DNA of 64,000 nucleotides from contig OZ223236.1 in the NCBI GenBank assembly GCA_965140445.1, positions 320,001 to 384,000 of the forward strand. The letters are read 5' to 3'. The stretch is from Candidatus Ozemobacteraceae bacterium (GTDB lineage: Bacteria; Muiribacteriota; Ozemobacteria; Ozemobacterales; Ozemobacteraceae). Every line of letters begins with the position of its first letter. Position 1 is the first letter of the stretch. Below the pieces are notes generated by a model that saw only the letters and a program-made list of their open reading frames with translations, had not been told where the DNA came from and searched no databases. The position numbers and the translations under genes are program-made. This document shows, piece after piece, positions 1 to 8,476 of the stretch.

Positions 1-1
1 A

Positions 2-457
2 AATTTCAGGTATTTTTTCGGAAATAACAGTAAAATGATCTGCCAATTTAGTTGGCTCTACCGGAATCGGCCGAGGATGTGCAGGAAGCCTTGAAAGGTA
101 TTTTCTCGCAACCTTATTGTTTAAACTTAAATTTAAAGAGCGTCTAAACCATTCCGAAGCAATCAATGGTTGCTTTGCCTGGACTTCAATTACTCCCAAA
201 AGGTTCAGCAGGTTTTTGCTACGATTACCATCAAAAAAGAGTCGCATGGCAAAAAGCCTTGCTTCATCAAGTCTTCCCGATGCAAGAGCTTTCCTGGATA
301 AATCGTACAACTGCTTTGGAGTGTGAAGATTCGGACTACGAAATGCTTCTTCTGGAGATGGGCCTACTTGTCTTTCTTCCGCAAACAAAGAAAATTGGCA
401 AATTCCAGAAAATACAAAAATTATTAATAATAGTTTAAGCGAACTTTTTCTAACCAT
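2..457 (-). CDS. Exported TPR-like protein, 3'-truncated by the window edge
   Basis: Not in the ORF track because it has no stop inside the window. Manual translation from ATG 457 gives MVRKSSLKLLLIIFVFSGICQFSLFAEERQ..., a signal peptide followed by TPR-like helices (ALASGRLDEARLFA, LLNLLGVIEVQ, ASEWFRRSLNL). The frame stays open to the edge. Confidence 0.75.
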   Translation of the reverse strand, partial: MVRKSSLKLLLIIFVFSGICQFSLFAEERQVGPSPEEAFRSPNLHTPKQLYDLSRKALASGRLDEARLFAMRLFFDGNRSKNLLNLLGVIEVQAKQPLIASEWFRRSLNLSLNNKVARKYLSRLPAHPRPIPVEPTKLADHFTVISEKIPEI

Positions 458-583
458 AGGAAAATTATAACAGTCACATTAATTTCAGCCAAGAATTAAC
501 ATTCATCACTTTTCAAATTTAATTTTTTTTGTTATGTTTAAGGTACAAACCGTACAAAACAAAAATATAAAAGAGGTATTGTT

Positions 584-700
584 TTGTTTGAAACTGTCGC
601 GTCAGTTATCGGCTTGATTGTTGTTTTCGTGCTTTTTGTAGATGTAATACCTGCTCTGATCGTTCACAAAATAAAAACTAAAAGAATCGAAAACGCCTGA
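584..700 (+). CDS. Small single-pass membrane protein (38 aa)
   Basis: SD AAGAGG at 571-576, TTG start at 584, MFETVASVIGLIVVFVLFVDVIPALIVHKIKTKRIENA*. Hydrophobic helix followed by a basic tail. Confidence 0.6.
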   Translation: MFETVASVIGLIVVFVLFVDVIPALIVHKIKTKRIENA

Positions 701-763
701 TCGGGTCTAAATCGTCCTAACAGGAACCAGTTTTTCTGGTATTTTTCTTGTGCCAGAAAAACC

Positions 764-1111
764 TTAGTTTGCTCCGAAAATTTTCAGTGCTTTTAAAGTT
801 ATAAAATAGCAGACGCCCATCGTTAATGAAGAAACAGCCAGACTTAAATAAAAATTTTGGCCTGCCTTTAAAAGCAGAGGAAATACAACAAACAATACTA
901 ACGACGGTATTATCATCCATAAAATGCTGTTAGAAAGAGCGCAAACCGCTTCAATGTTTTTTGTGTCCAAATATAGCCAGATCATGGCAAGAACTGAAAC
1001 TATAGGCAATGAAGCCAGAATACCCCCAAAAAGCGAATATTTTTTTGAAACTTCTGATACAGCCACAATAGTAAAAGCAGAAACAAATAGTTTTAAAAAG
1101 TAGTAAAGCAT
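764..1111 (-). CDS. DUF3147 family small membrane protein
   Basis: Four hydrophobic segments. Motif IVAVSEVSKK...GGILASLPIVSVLAMIWLY is typical of DUF3147. Confidence 0.75.
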   Translation of the reverse strand: MLYYFLKLFVSAFTIVAVSEVSKKYSLFGGILASLPIVSVLAMIWLYLDTKNIEAVCALSNSILWMIIPSLVLFVVFPLLLKAGQNFYLSLAVSSLTMGVCYFITLKALKIFGAN

Positions 1112-1132
1112 AGCTTTTTCCTTTCTACTGAA

Positions 1133-1402
1133 TCAAACCATCATTTTCAGCATTTGATTTAACTCATTTAAGGCCTTTTCTGAGTCACCATTTTTAACAG
1201 AGTCAACAATGCAATGTTGTAAGTGATCTTCGAAAACAATCTTTCTTGCCTTTATAAAAGCAGCAATGACAGCGCTCATTTGCTGGAGAATTTCAGGACA
1301 AGGCTTTTCGTTTTCGAGCATTTTAATTACTGATGCCATGTGCCCGTTAGCACGTTTAAGTCTTTGAATAACAGCTTTGTGGGATTCGTGATGATGGCTC
1401 AA
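1133..1402 (-). CDS. CsoR/RcnR-family (InrS/NreA-like) metal-sensing repressor
   Basis: His-rich N-terminus, RLKRANGH, CPEILQQ, EDHLQHC. TTG start preceded by a GGAGG SD. Confidence 0.9.
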   Translation of the reverse strand: MSHHHESHKAVIQRLKRANGHMASVIKMLENEKPCPEILQQMSAVIAAFIKARKIVFEDHLQHCIVDSVKNGDSEKALNELNQMLKMMV

Positions 1403-1441
1403 GCGTATTTCCTCCGACAGATAAATTAATTTTCACACAAT

Positions 1442-1459
1442 CCTATCCTGGGGGATAGG
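1442..1459. promoter_or_regulatory. CsoR/RcnR-type operator CCTATCC-TGGG-GGATAGG
   Basis: Perfect 7-bp inverted repeat with a central G-tract. It lies in the spacer and -10 of a minus-strand promoter TGGACA-N18-TAGGAT just upstream of the repressor gene. Confidence 0.75.
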
Positions 1460-1511
1460 TTAGTGTCCAGTGCTTTTATTTTTTGATTATTGTTGGGAAT
1501 TCAAAGCAAAT

Positions 1512-1543
1512 AAAAAAAGGATCGCCAATTAATTGGCGATCCT
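1512..1543 (-). terminator. Intrinsic terminator of leuS
   Basis: Palindrome AGGATCGCCAATTAATTGGCGATCCT followed by U7 on the minus strand. Confidence 0.85.
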
Positions 1544-1565
1544 ATCTTAATGTTTTAAATAAAAT

Positions 1566-4031
1566 TTATTTAACTACAAAGCTAATCATTCTTTTAGGAA
1601 CAAAAATAAATTTTACAATTTCTTTTCCTTCAAGATGCTTTTGAACTTTTTCGCTTTTTAGAGCTTCTGCTTTTGCCGTTTCTTTATCGACATCCGCAGG
1701 GAAAGTAAGCTGATCTCTAAGTTTACCGTTTACCTGCACAGGAAGTGTTACCGTTGATTCAACGAGAGCCTTTTCATCCCATGTTGGCCATTCCTGTTTG
1801 TGAACAGATCCTTTAAACTTAAGTTCTTCCCAGAGCTCTTCTGCCAAAAATGGTGTAATTGGAGCAAGTAGTTTTAACAAGGCTTCAGTTGCCTCTCTCC
1901 AAAGAGTAGTATTAGCAAGATCAGTCTTTTTGGCAGCTTCTATCATAGCATTGGTAAATTCCATAAGTCTGGCAACTGCAGTGTTAAAGCTAAAATTATC
2001 GATGTCATGAGAAACAGACTTAATTGTTCTATGCATTATTCGTTTAAGATCATCGGCTTTTTCGCCTTCAGCCTTGGCTGATCCACCTGGTCTAGAGCTT
2101 AATAGTTCATAAACACGATTTACAAACCTATGCATACCGCGAACACCTTCATCTGACCATGAAACTTCGAGTTCGAAAGTTCCCAGGAAAAGAATAAAAG
2201 CTCTCAACGTATCTGCACCGTATTTATCAACCATTTCATCAGGAGTAATAACATTGCCTTTTGACTTACTCATTTTAGTACCGTCAGCAGCGAGCATCAT
2301 TCCCTGGTTTCTTAGCTTCATAAATGGTTCTGAAAATGGAACAAGGCCTTCATCATGCATAACCTTAGTCCAGAACCTTGCATAGAGAAGATGCATTACC
2401 GCATGTTCAGCTCCGCCAACATACAAGTCTACCGGCAACCAATACTTGCCGTTCTCTTTATCAAATGGTGCTGTATCAAGCTTTGAATCAATAAAACGAA
2501 GGAAATACCATGATGAGCAGGCAAACCCATCCATAGTGTCTGTTTCACGCCGGGCTTCTTTTCCGCATTTCGGACAATCAGTTTTAACCCATTCATGAAT
2601 GTTAGCCAAAGGTGACTTACCATCAGTTCCAGGTTTAAATTCACTAATTTCAGGGAGCTTAACAGGTAGTTGATCGTCTGGAACCGGAACAGCTCCGCAG
2701 CTATCACAATGAATTATAGGTATTGGGGCTCCCCAATATCTTTGTCTTGAAATAAGCCAATCTCTAAGTTTGTAATTAATCCTTTTCTTTCCAAAGCCTT
2801 TTTCTTCGGCTTCTTCTATCATTTTTTCAATGGCCTTTTCACTGGTAAGCCCATCGTAATTTCCGGAATTAATCAACAAGCCATACTCAGTATAGGCCTC
2901 TTTTAACTCACCCTGTGATTTGCCTTCAGGGGTAATAACTTCTTTTACTGCAATGTTATATTTCTGGGAAAATGCGAAATCTCTTTCATCGTGAGCAGGC
3001 ACAGCCATGACTGCGCCAGTTCCATAACCGTAGAGAACATAGTCACCGATAAATACAGGTATTTTTTCACCTGTATATGGATTAATAGCCACAGCTCCTA
3101 TATCAACACCGGTCTTTTCTTTTTCAGTTGAAAGCCTGTCGATTTCGGTCATTTTTCTGGCGTTATCAATATATTCTTTTACAACCTGAACTTTATCAGG
3201 GTGGGTTAATTTTTCAACTAACGGATGTTCAGGAGCTAAAGTCATGAAAGTACAACCAAAAATTGTATCCACTCTGGTTGTGAATACTGGAATATCATAC
3301 TCCTGATTATCAGAAGCACTTATACCTTTGAAAACGACTTCTGTCCCGATACTTTTTCCAATCCAGTTTTCCTGCATCTTTTTAATTTTTTCTGGCCAAT
3401 CAACTGTCTGGAGGTCATCTATCAAACGATCTGCATAATCCGTAATTTTGAAAAACCATTGCTTCAGATCTTTTTTCTCTACCTGAGATTCACATCTCCA
3501 GCAAAGTCCCTGTTCAACCTGCTCATTAGCAAGAATTGTTTTGCAGTCCGGACACCACCATTGAGCACCAGTTGCCTGGTAAGCCAGATTCCGTTTGAAA
3601 AGCATCAGGAAAAACCACTGAGTCCATTTGTAGTAAGCTGGATCAGTTGAATTTATTTCTCTATCCCAGTCATAAGAACATTCAACAAGAGTTAACTGCC
3701 TTTTATAATTTGCAGCATTCTTTTCAGTAGTTTCTGTTGGATGAACGCCCATTTTGATTGCGAAATTTTCTGCAGGCAAACCAAATGCATCCCATCCCAT
3801 TGGATGAAGAACATTAAAACCCTGCATTCTTTTCATGCGAGTTATGACATCAGTTGGAACATAATTGCGTAGGTGACCAACTGATAGCCCATTTCCAGAT
3901 GGATAAGGAAAGAAATCCAAGCAATAGAATTTTTCTTTGCTTTTATCTTCAGAGGTCTTGTAAAGCCCCATTTCCTGCCATTTTGGATGCCATTTTTTCT
4001 GGACTGAATCAAAATCAAAACGTTCTGCCAT
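1566..4031 (-). CDS. leuS: Leucine--tRNA ligase
   Basis: FPYPSG, PMGWDAFGLPAEN, GTGAVMAVPAHD editing motif, KMSKS. The HIGH motif reads SVGH. Confidence 0.98.
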   Translation of the reverse strand: MAERFDFDSVQKKWHPKWQEMGLYKTSEDKSKEKFYCLDFFPYPSGNGLSVGHLRNYVPTDVITRMKRMQGFNVLHPMGWDAFGLPAENFAIKMGVHPTETTEKNAANYKRQLTLVECSYDWDREINSTDPAYYKWTQWFFLMLFKRNLAYQATGAQWWCPDCKTILANEQVEQGLCWRCESQVEKKDLKQWFFKITDYADRLIDDLQTVDWPEKIKKMQENWIGKSIGTEVVFKGISASDNQEYDIPVFTTRVDTIFGCTFMTLAPEHPLVEKLTHPDKVQVVKEYIDNARKMTEIDRLSTEKEKTGVDIGAVAINPYTGEKIPVFIGDYVLYGYGTGAVMAVPAHDERDFAFSQKYNIAVKEVITPEGKSQGELKEAYTEYGLLINSGNYDGLTSEKAIEKMIEEAEEKGFGKKRINYKLRDWLISRQRYWGAPIPIIHCDSCGAVPVPDDQLPVKLPEISEFKPGTDGKSPLANIHEWVKTDCPKCGKEARRETDTMDGFACSSWYFLRFIDSKLDTAPFDKENGKYWLPVDLYVGGAEHAVMHLLYARFWTKVMHDEGLVPFSEPFMKLRNQGMMLAADGTKMSKSKGNVITPDEMVDKYGADTLRAFILFLGTFELEVSWSDEGVRGMHRFVNRVYELLSSRPGGSAKAEGEKADDLKRIMHRTIKSVSHDIDNFSFNTAVARLMEFTNAMIEAAKKTDLANTTLWREATEALLKLLAPITPFLAEELWEELKFKGSVHKQEWPTWDEKALVESTVTLPVQVNGKLRDQLTFPADVDKETAKAEALKSEKVQKHLEGKEIVKFIFVPKRMISFVVK

Positions 4032-4066
4032 GTATATAACTCCGTATCTATAGTTTTCAGGGCTTA

Positions 4067-4095
4067 ATGATAGATATCAGCAAAGTTAAAGTCAA
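4067..4095 (-). promoter_or_regulatory. sigma70-type promoter of leuS
   Basis: TTGACT-N17-TATCAT on the minus strand, ~35 nt upstream of the ATG. Confidence 0.65.
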
Positions 4096-4170
4096 CCTTT
4101 GCTATCTGTTTTTGCTACAGAGCAACAGATAAGAGCAAAGAAAATTGTTATAAAATGATGCTTTTAAGAC

Positions 4171-4205
4171 AAAAAAATAGACCACTCAGAAAGAGCGGTC
4201 TATTT
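4171..4205 (-). terminator. Intrinsic terminator of gltX
   Basis: Stem AAATAGACC..CTC/GAG..GGTCTATTT followed by U7 on the minus strand. Confidence 0.75.
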
Positions 4206-4221
4206 CTTGTTTACTAATTTA

Positions 4222-5652
4222 TTAAGCTTTTAAACGTTTAATAACTTCTTCGCGTCCGAGAACATCCAGAATTCCAACCAAATCAGGGCCATGGCAAGTG
4301 CCGGTAATTTTTACCCGGATTGGCATAAAAAGTTCTTTTCCTTTTGCGCCAACGGCTTTTCCAGCTGCCTTAATCCCTGCGTTGTAACCTTCCCGAACCC
4401 ATTCGCAATTTGCAAATTCTTCTGCCAGAGCCGCAAATAGTTGAACAGACTTTTCTGTGCTAATCATTGCAGCAGCTTCTTCATTTTCTGGTTCACTGCT
4501 ATTTAAAACAGCTTCAGCAACTGCAACTGCGTCATTAAGGGTGTTCATTTTTATCTGAACAAGCTCAACCAGCTTTTTCATAACTTCAGGATTATCAAGT
4601 CGCGAATCGCTTGGCATAGCCTTTTTAAGCAAAGGAGCTACCATCGGCAAAAGGGTGTCAACTGGAAGCGCACGCAAGTGCTGGCCATTCATCCAGGTTA
4701 GTTTGGTGTGATCAAAAACGCCAGGGGATTTGCTAATTCTTTCAAGGCTAAAATTTTCTATAAGCTCTTCGATGGTATACATTTCGCGATCGGTACCATC
4801 ATTCCAGCCTAAAAGAGCTAAAAAGTTAATTAAAGCTTCTCTGAGAAATCCTTCATCGGCGTATTGTCCGACGGAAGTTGCTCCATGCCTTTTGGAAAGT
4901 TTAGATTTATCAGGTCCTAGAATCAATGAAGCATGGGCAAATTTTGGTGGAGTTTTTCCAAGTGCTTCATACATAATCAACTGTCTATGAGTGTTAGTTA
5001 GATGCTCTTCTGCTCTTACCACATGAGTGATTTCCATATCAGCATCATCCACTACAACACAAAAGTTGTATACTGGCATTCCATTGGAACGAAGAATGAT
5101 AAAATCACCAAGAGTCTCAGATTTCCATTCGACCCTTCCACGCACCATATCTTCAAGAACATAATCCTTTTCAGGGACCTTTACTCTGACAACGAAAGTT
5201 TCACCAGCAGCAACCTTTGCATCAGCTTCTTCTTTAGAAAGTTTACGGCAAGTTCCATCATAGTGCATTGAGCGATGTTCTTCTTCAGCTTTTTGCCTTT
5301 TTGCTTCCAGATCTTCTTCTGAACAGAAGCATCTATATGCGGCTCCGCAATCTAAAAGCTGCTGGGCATATTTTTTATAAATGTCAGTTCTTTTTGACTG
5401 ATGATAGGGGCCATGAGGACCTTCAACTCCTGGGCCTTCGTCCCATTCCAAACCAAGCCATTTCATATCGCGCAGAAGTCCCTCTTCAGCCTCTCTGGTT
5501 GATCTCTCCAGGTCAGTATCTTCAATTCTCAGAACGAATTTTCCGCCTGTTTTCTTAGCATAAAGCCAGTTGAAAAGAGCTGTTCTAGCTCCTCCCACAT
5601 GAAGATAACCAGTTGGTGATGGTGCAAATCTTACGCGAATCTGTTCTGCCAT
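4222..5652 (-). CDS. gltX: Glutamate--tRNA ligase
   Basis: RFAPSPTGYLHVGG, RIEDTD, KLSKR. Confidence 0.97.
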   Translation of the reverse strand: MAEQIRVRFAPSPTGYLHVGGARTALFNWLYAKKTGGKFVLRIEDTDLERSTREAEEGLLRDMKWLGLEWDEGPGVEGPHGPYHQSKRTDIYKKYAQQLLDCGAAYRCFCSEEDLEAKRQKAEEEHRSMHYDGTCRKLSKEEADAKVAAGETFVVRVKVPEKDYVLEDMVRGRVEWKSETLGDFIILRSNGMPVYNFCVVVDDADMEITHVVRAEEHLTNTHRQLIMYEALGKTPPKFAHASLILGPDKSKLSKRHGATSVGQYADEGFLREALINFLALLGWNDGTDREMYTIEELIENFSLERISKSPGVFDHTKLTWMNGQHLRALPVDTLLPMVAPLLKKAMPSDSRLDNPEVMKKLVELVQIKMNTLNDAVAVAEAVLNSSEPENEEAAAMISTEKSVQLFAALAEEFANCEWVREGYNAGIKAAGKAVGAKGKELFMPIRVKITGTCHGPDLVGILDVLGREEVIKRLKA

Positions 5653-5654
5653 GA

Positions 5655-6439
5655 TTAAATTATGTTGCTCCCCATAAAAATTTGTTCATTTCCGTTAGAT
5701 AAAGCATGTCCACAGCGTCCGAAAGCTGCTACTGCAATTCGACCTTCGCCTCTTACAATAGCTACTTTAAAACCTCCCCCAGGCCGGGGTTAATTGTGTA
5801 TAGCTGACTATAAATATCCCTAACCGCGTTACTCACAGAAAATTTCTCGCGAGAATCTTCTCTGATAACCGATCTGGCAATTGCCGCAACAATAGTGGCT
5901 TCACGCAATTTAATTGGCAATTTTTCAGCTGTAGCGCCAACCTGTGTGATTGCTGCTCTATAACCTTTGTTATTAACTTTCTGAAGCCAATATTCTTCCT
6001 GTTCGGAATCTTTTGTCATAGAAAGGTAAATTACTGCGCTTTCGGGTGTAAGAAGCTGATCTTCCTTGTCTTCAACAAGGTCTTTCACGATATCTTTGTA
6101 GGTTACAACTCCAACCAACTCATCATCGTTATCAACTACCGGCAAAGCTTCCAGCTCACTAGCAGAAAGCATTGCGGCTGCTTCTCTTACAGACATATTT
6201 GAATTTACACGACGAAATTTTTTCTGCATTACCGCAGTAACTTTTTCTTCAATATCCACATCAGCAATGGTTGCAAGATGCGTGGGGGTTAAAATACCCA
6301 CCATTTTTTTCTCATTATCGGTGACCAGAATACATTCTGGCTGACGCAGTATGACGATCTCTCTCAAACCAAAAATACTGTCATCTTTGTCCACGATAAT
6401 CGGGTTTTTATCCATAATATCTTTAACCCGAATGCCCAT
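5655..6439 (-). CDS. CBS-pair / HutP-family fusion protein, frameshifted at ~5765-5780
   Basis: N-terminal CBS pair (VKDIM..NPIIV; LPVVDNDDELVGVVT) followed by a HutP-like domain. The track ORF stops at 5762, but the -1 frame continues GFKVAIVRGEGRIAVAAFGRCGHALSNGNEQIFMGSNII* to TAA at 5655-5657, 2 nt before the gltX ATG. Confidence 0.8.
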
Positions 6440-6460
6440 TTCTTATTCCTCCAACAGGGA

Positions 6461-7534
6461 TTATTTTTTTCCGATACGGGTAAATATCATACGGCCAGCG
6501 GCAGTTTGCAGAATATTGCTTACAGTAGTGCTAACTGTTTCGCCAACCCGGTTGCCCCCGTCCTCGACAACCACCATAGTTCCATCAGATAGAAAAGCCA
6601 CTCCCTGACACGGTTCCTTACCTGTTTTAACTATTTTTACCTCTAATGCTTCTCCACTTAAAAAGATCGGTTTCAAAGCATTGGCGAGATCATTCAAATT
6701 CAGAACATTAACTTTATCAAGCTCAGCAACCTTTTTAAGGTTGTAGTCCTGAGTAATAAGTACTGCTTTAACGTCTGCGGCCAGCTTAACAAGTTTGGCA
6801 TCTACTTCAGAAACATCTTTATAATCTTTTTCATGGATAACAACGTGGTCTGGAAACTCTTTCTGGAGATTTGTTAAGCTAACAAGTCCTTTTCTTCCCT
6901 TTTCTCTTTTCAGGTCATCAGAAGAATCCGCCAAAAACTGTAATTCGTTTATTACAAAACGCGGAATCAAAATATCGCCCTCAAGAAATCCCAATCTGAA
7001 AAGATCAGAAAATCTTCCATCAATAACGGCGCTGGTATCAATAACCTTAGGGCGTGTTCCAGACATGTTGTTGTTTACTTTTACCTGAAATTTTCGATAT
7101 CTAATAAGTATTTTCATACCCAGATAAGCAAATAACAGGTTGAAGGTCAAAGGAATAACCAAATGAAAAAAAGGAACTAATGAATTGATATACTTATTAT
7201 CAAACTTAACCTCGCCAAACCCTTTATACATAAGGAAATAAACGGGTATAAAAAGAAGATTTGCACTAATTAATCCTGCTAATACCCCAAGCGCACTCCA
7301 GGCGAGTTCATAGCTGTTTGTATTTTCAATTCTTTCTTCAAGCCACATCTGCAATTCTCTGCCAGCCATAGAGCATATAAGATACCCTATAAAACCAAGC
7401 AAAGCAGCCAATGTAACTTCAGGATTTTCAACTTCAATTATATTTTCGTATTCAGAGGCGGTTGCGTATCCAACAGCGACACCAACGATGGTTCCTGTTA
7501 AAACTAATAGAGATCTTAAAAATTGGAAAATCAT
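6461..7534 (-). CDS. PIN/TRAM domain membrane protein (YacL-like)
   Basis: N-terminal TM helices, PIN motif VIDTSAVIDGR, C-terminal TRAM GVAFLSDGTMVVVE. Start moved to ATG 7534, which follows a GGAGGGG SD. Confidence 0.9.
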   Translation of the reverse strand: MIFQFLRSLLVLTGTIVGVAVGYATASEYENIIEVENPEVTLAALLGFIGYLICSMAGRELQMWLEERIENTNSYELAWSALGVLAGLISANLLFIPVYFLMYKGFGEVKFDNKYINSLVPFFHLVIPLTFNLLFAYLGMKILIRYRKFQVKVNNNMSGTRPKVIDTSAVIDGRFSDLFRLGFLEGDILIPRFVINELQFLADSSDDLKREKGRKGLVSLTNLQKEFPDHVVIHEKDYKDVSEVDAKLVKLAADVKAVLITQDYNLKKVAELDKVNVLNLNDLANALKPIFLSGEALEVKIVKTGKEPCQGVAFLSDGTMVVVEDGGNRVGETVSTTVSNILQTAAGRMIFTRIGKK

Positions 7535-7557
7535 TCTACACCCCTCCGAGGCAAAGT

Positions 7558-7586
7558 AAGATAACATGAACGGAAATCTTTAGCAA
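7558..7586 (-). promoter_or_regulatory. Promoter of the yacL-like / CBS-hutP / gltX unit
   Basis: TTGCTA-N17-TATCTT with an extended -10 TG on the minus strand. Confidence 0.5.
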
Positions 7587-7687
7587 TGCGGTGCACAATT
7601 TTTTATTGTTTTTTTTCAACAGCCATGTACAGAACATGCATGCGGAAATTTTAAGTGTTCTGGGGAAATTAGTTTAAAAATATCAGC

Positions 7688-8476
7688 CTATGGGGTTAAA
7701 TATGGGTTAGTTGGCTCGGGAATTTTAAAAATTCTCTCTGCCTTTAAAACAGGTGCTGGTTGCCCTTCAACCTTAGTTTCCTCAAGAATTCCCTCAATCT
7801 GTATCCAGTCTTCATTTTTAATTCCCTCTGGAATCGACCCAGTTACAAGAACAGCGAATGGTTGAGCATCTGCAACACAGCAAATCATTAAAAACCTGAA
7901 AACAACCCATGTCCCTTCAGGCAAACCAGGGGTCTTTTCGATATATATTCCATTGGAGATGATTTTTTTTCCTATCAATTTTTCGAAATTCTTATGAACT
8001 TCCAGAAGAGTAACTTCCTGAGGTAATCTAGCTGCAACAGATGCAACAACGAGTTCATCAGTCAAACTGGCGTCTTTGCTAACTTCACCAGAATAAACAT
8101 CGCCTACATTTATTCTTCCACCTCTTTTTATGCTCCCAATTGCTCTTTTTTCAAACGCAAAAGTTCCAAGCCTATTTGATTGAATATTTAATAGAAACAT
8201 AAGCGGCAAAAACAGTATTGCAATTCTTATGGTCTTTGGGTGATGCGTATTCTCACAACAAGAGTGCTCATGTTTGTCTTCTCCTCCCAGGAATAGAACC
8301 AGGAAAAAAAGTCCGCATAAAATAAAAGCGAAAAGGACAAGCCAACCAAACTTAGGATTTAAAAAATCTGTGTAGTCTCCAGAAAAATAGTAAATTGCAA
8401 AAATCCCTGCCCAAAAAAGAAAAACACCATAAGAAGCTATATGATCAAAACCAGGGGTAGAAATGTTTTTTTTCAC
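7688..8476 (-). CDS. TIGR03943/DUF1980 (YcgQ-like) permease partner subunit
   Basis: Three TM segments, His/Cys patch HEHSCCENTHH, RFLMICCVADA motif, C-terminal EPTNPY. Confidence 0.85.
   Translation of the reverse strand: MKKNISTPGFDHIASYGVFLFWAGIFAIYYFSGDYTDFLNPKFGWLVLFAFILCGLFFLVLFLGGEDKHEHSCCENTHHPKTIRIAILFLPLMFLLNIQSNRLGTFAFEKRAIGSIKRGGRINVGDVYSGEVSKDASLTDELVVASVAARLPQEVTLLEVHKNFEKLIGKKIISNGIYIEKTPGLPEGTWVVFRFLMICCVADAQPFAVLVTGSIPEGIKNEDWIQIEGILEETKVEGQPAPVLKAERIFKIPEPTNPYLTP

Noticed and set aside
117..438. Plus-strand ORFs 117-326 and 166-438
   Set aside because: They are shadows of the minus-strand signal-peptide/TPR gene starting at 457, which the track missed because it runs off the window.
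4032..4095. T-box leaders upstream of leuS (also checked gltX, glyQS, ileS)
   Set aside because: The leuS promoter is ~35 nt from the ATG, gltX and ileS are internal operon genes, and no T-box consensus or antiterminator is visible upstream of glyQS.
7535..7687. HutP-type UAG-repeat attenuator upstream of the yacL/CBS-hutP/gltX unit
   Set aside because: The predicted leader is very short with no terminator or UAG array, so there is no visible autoregulatory target.
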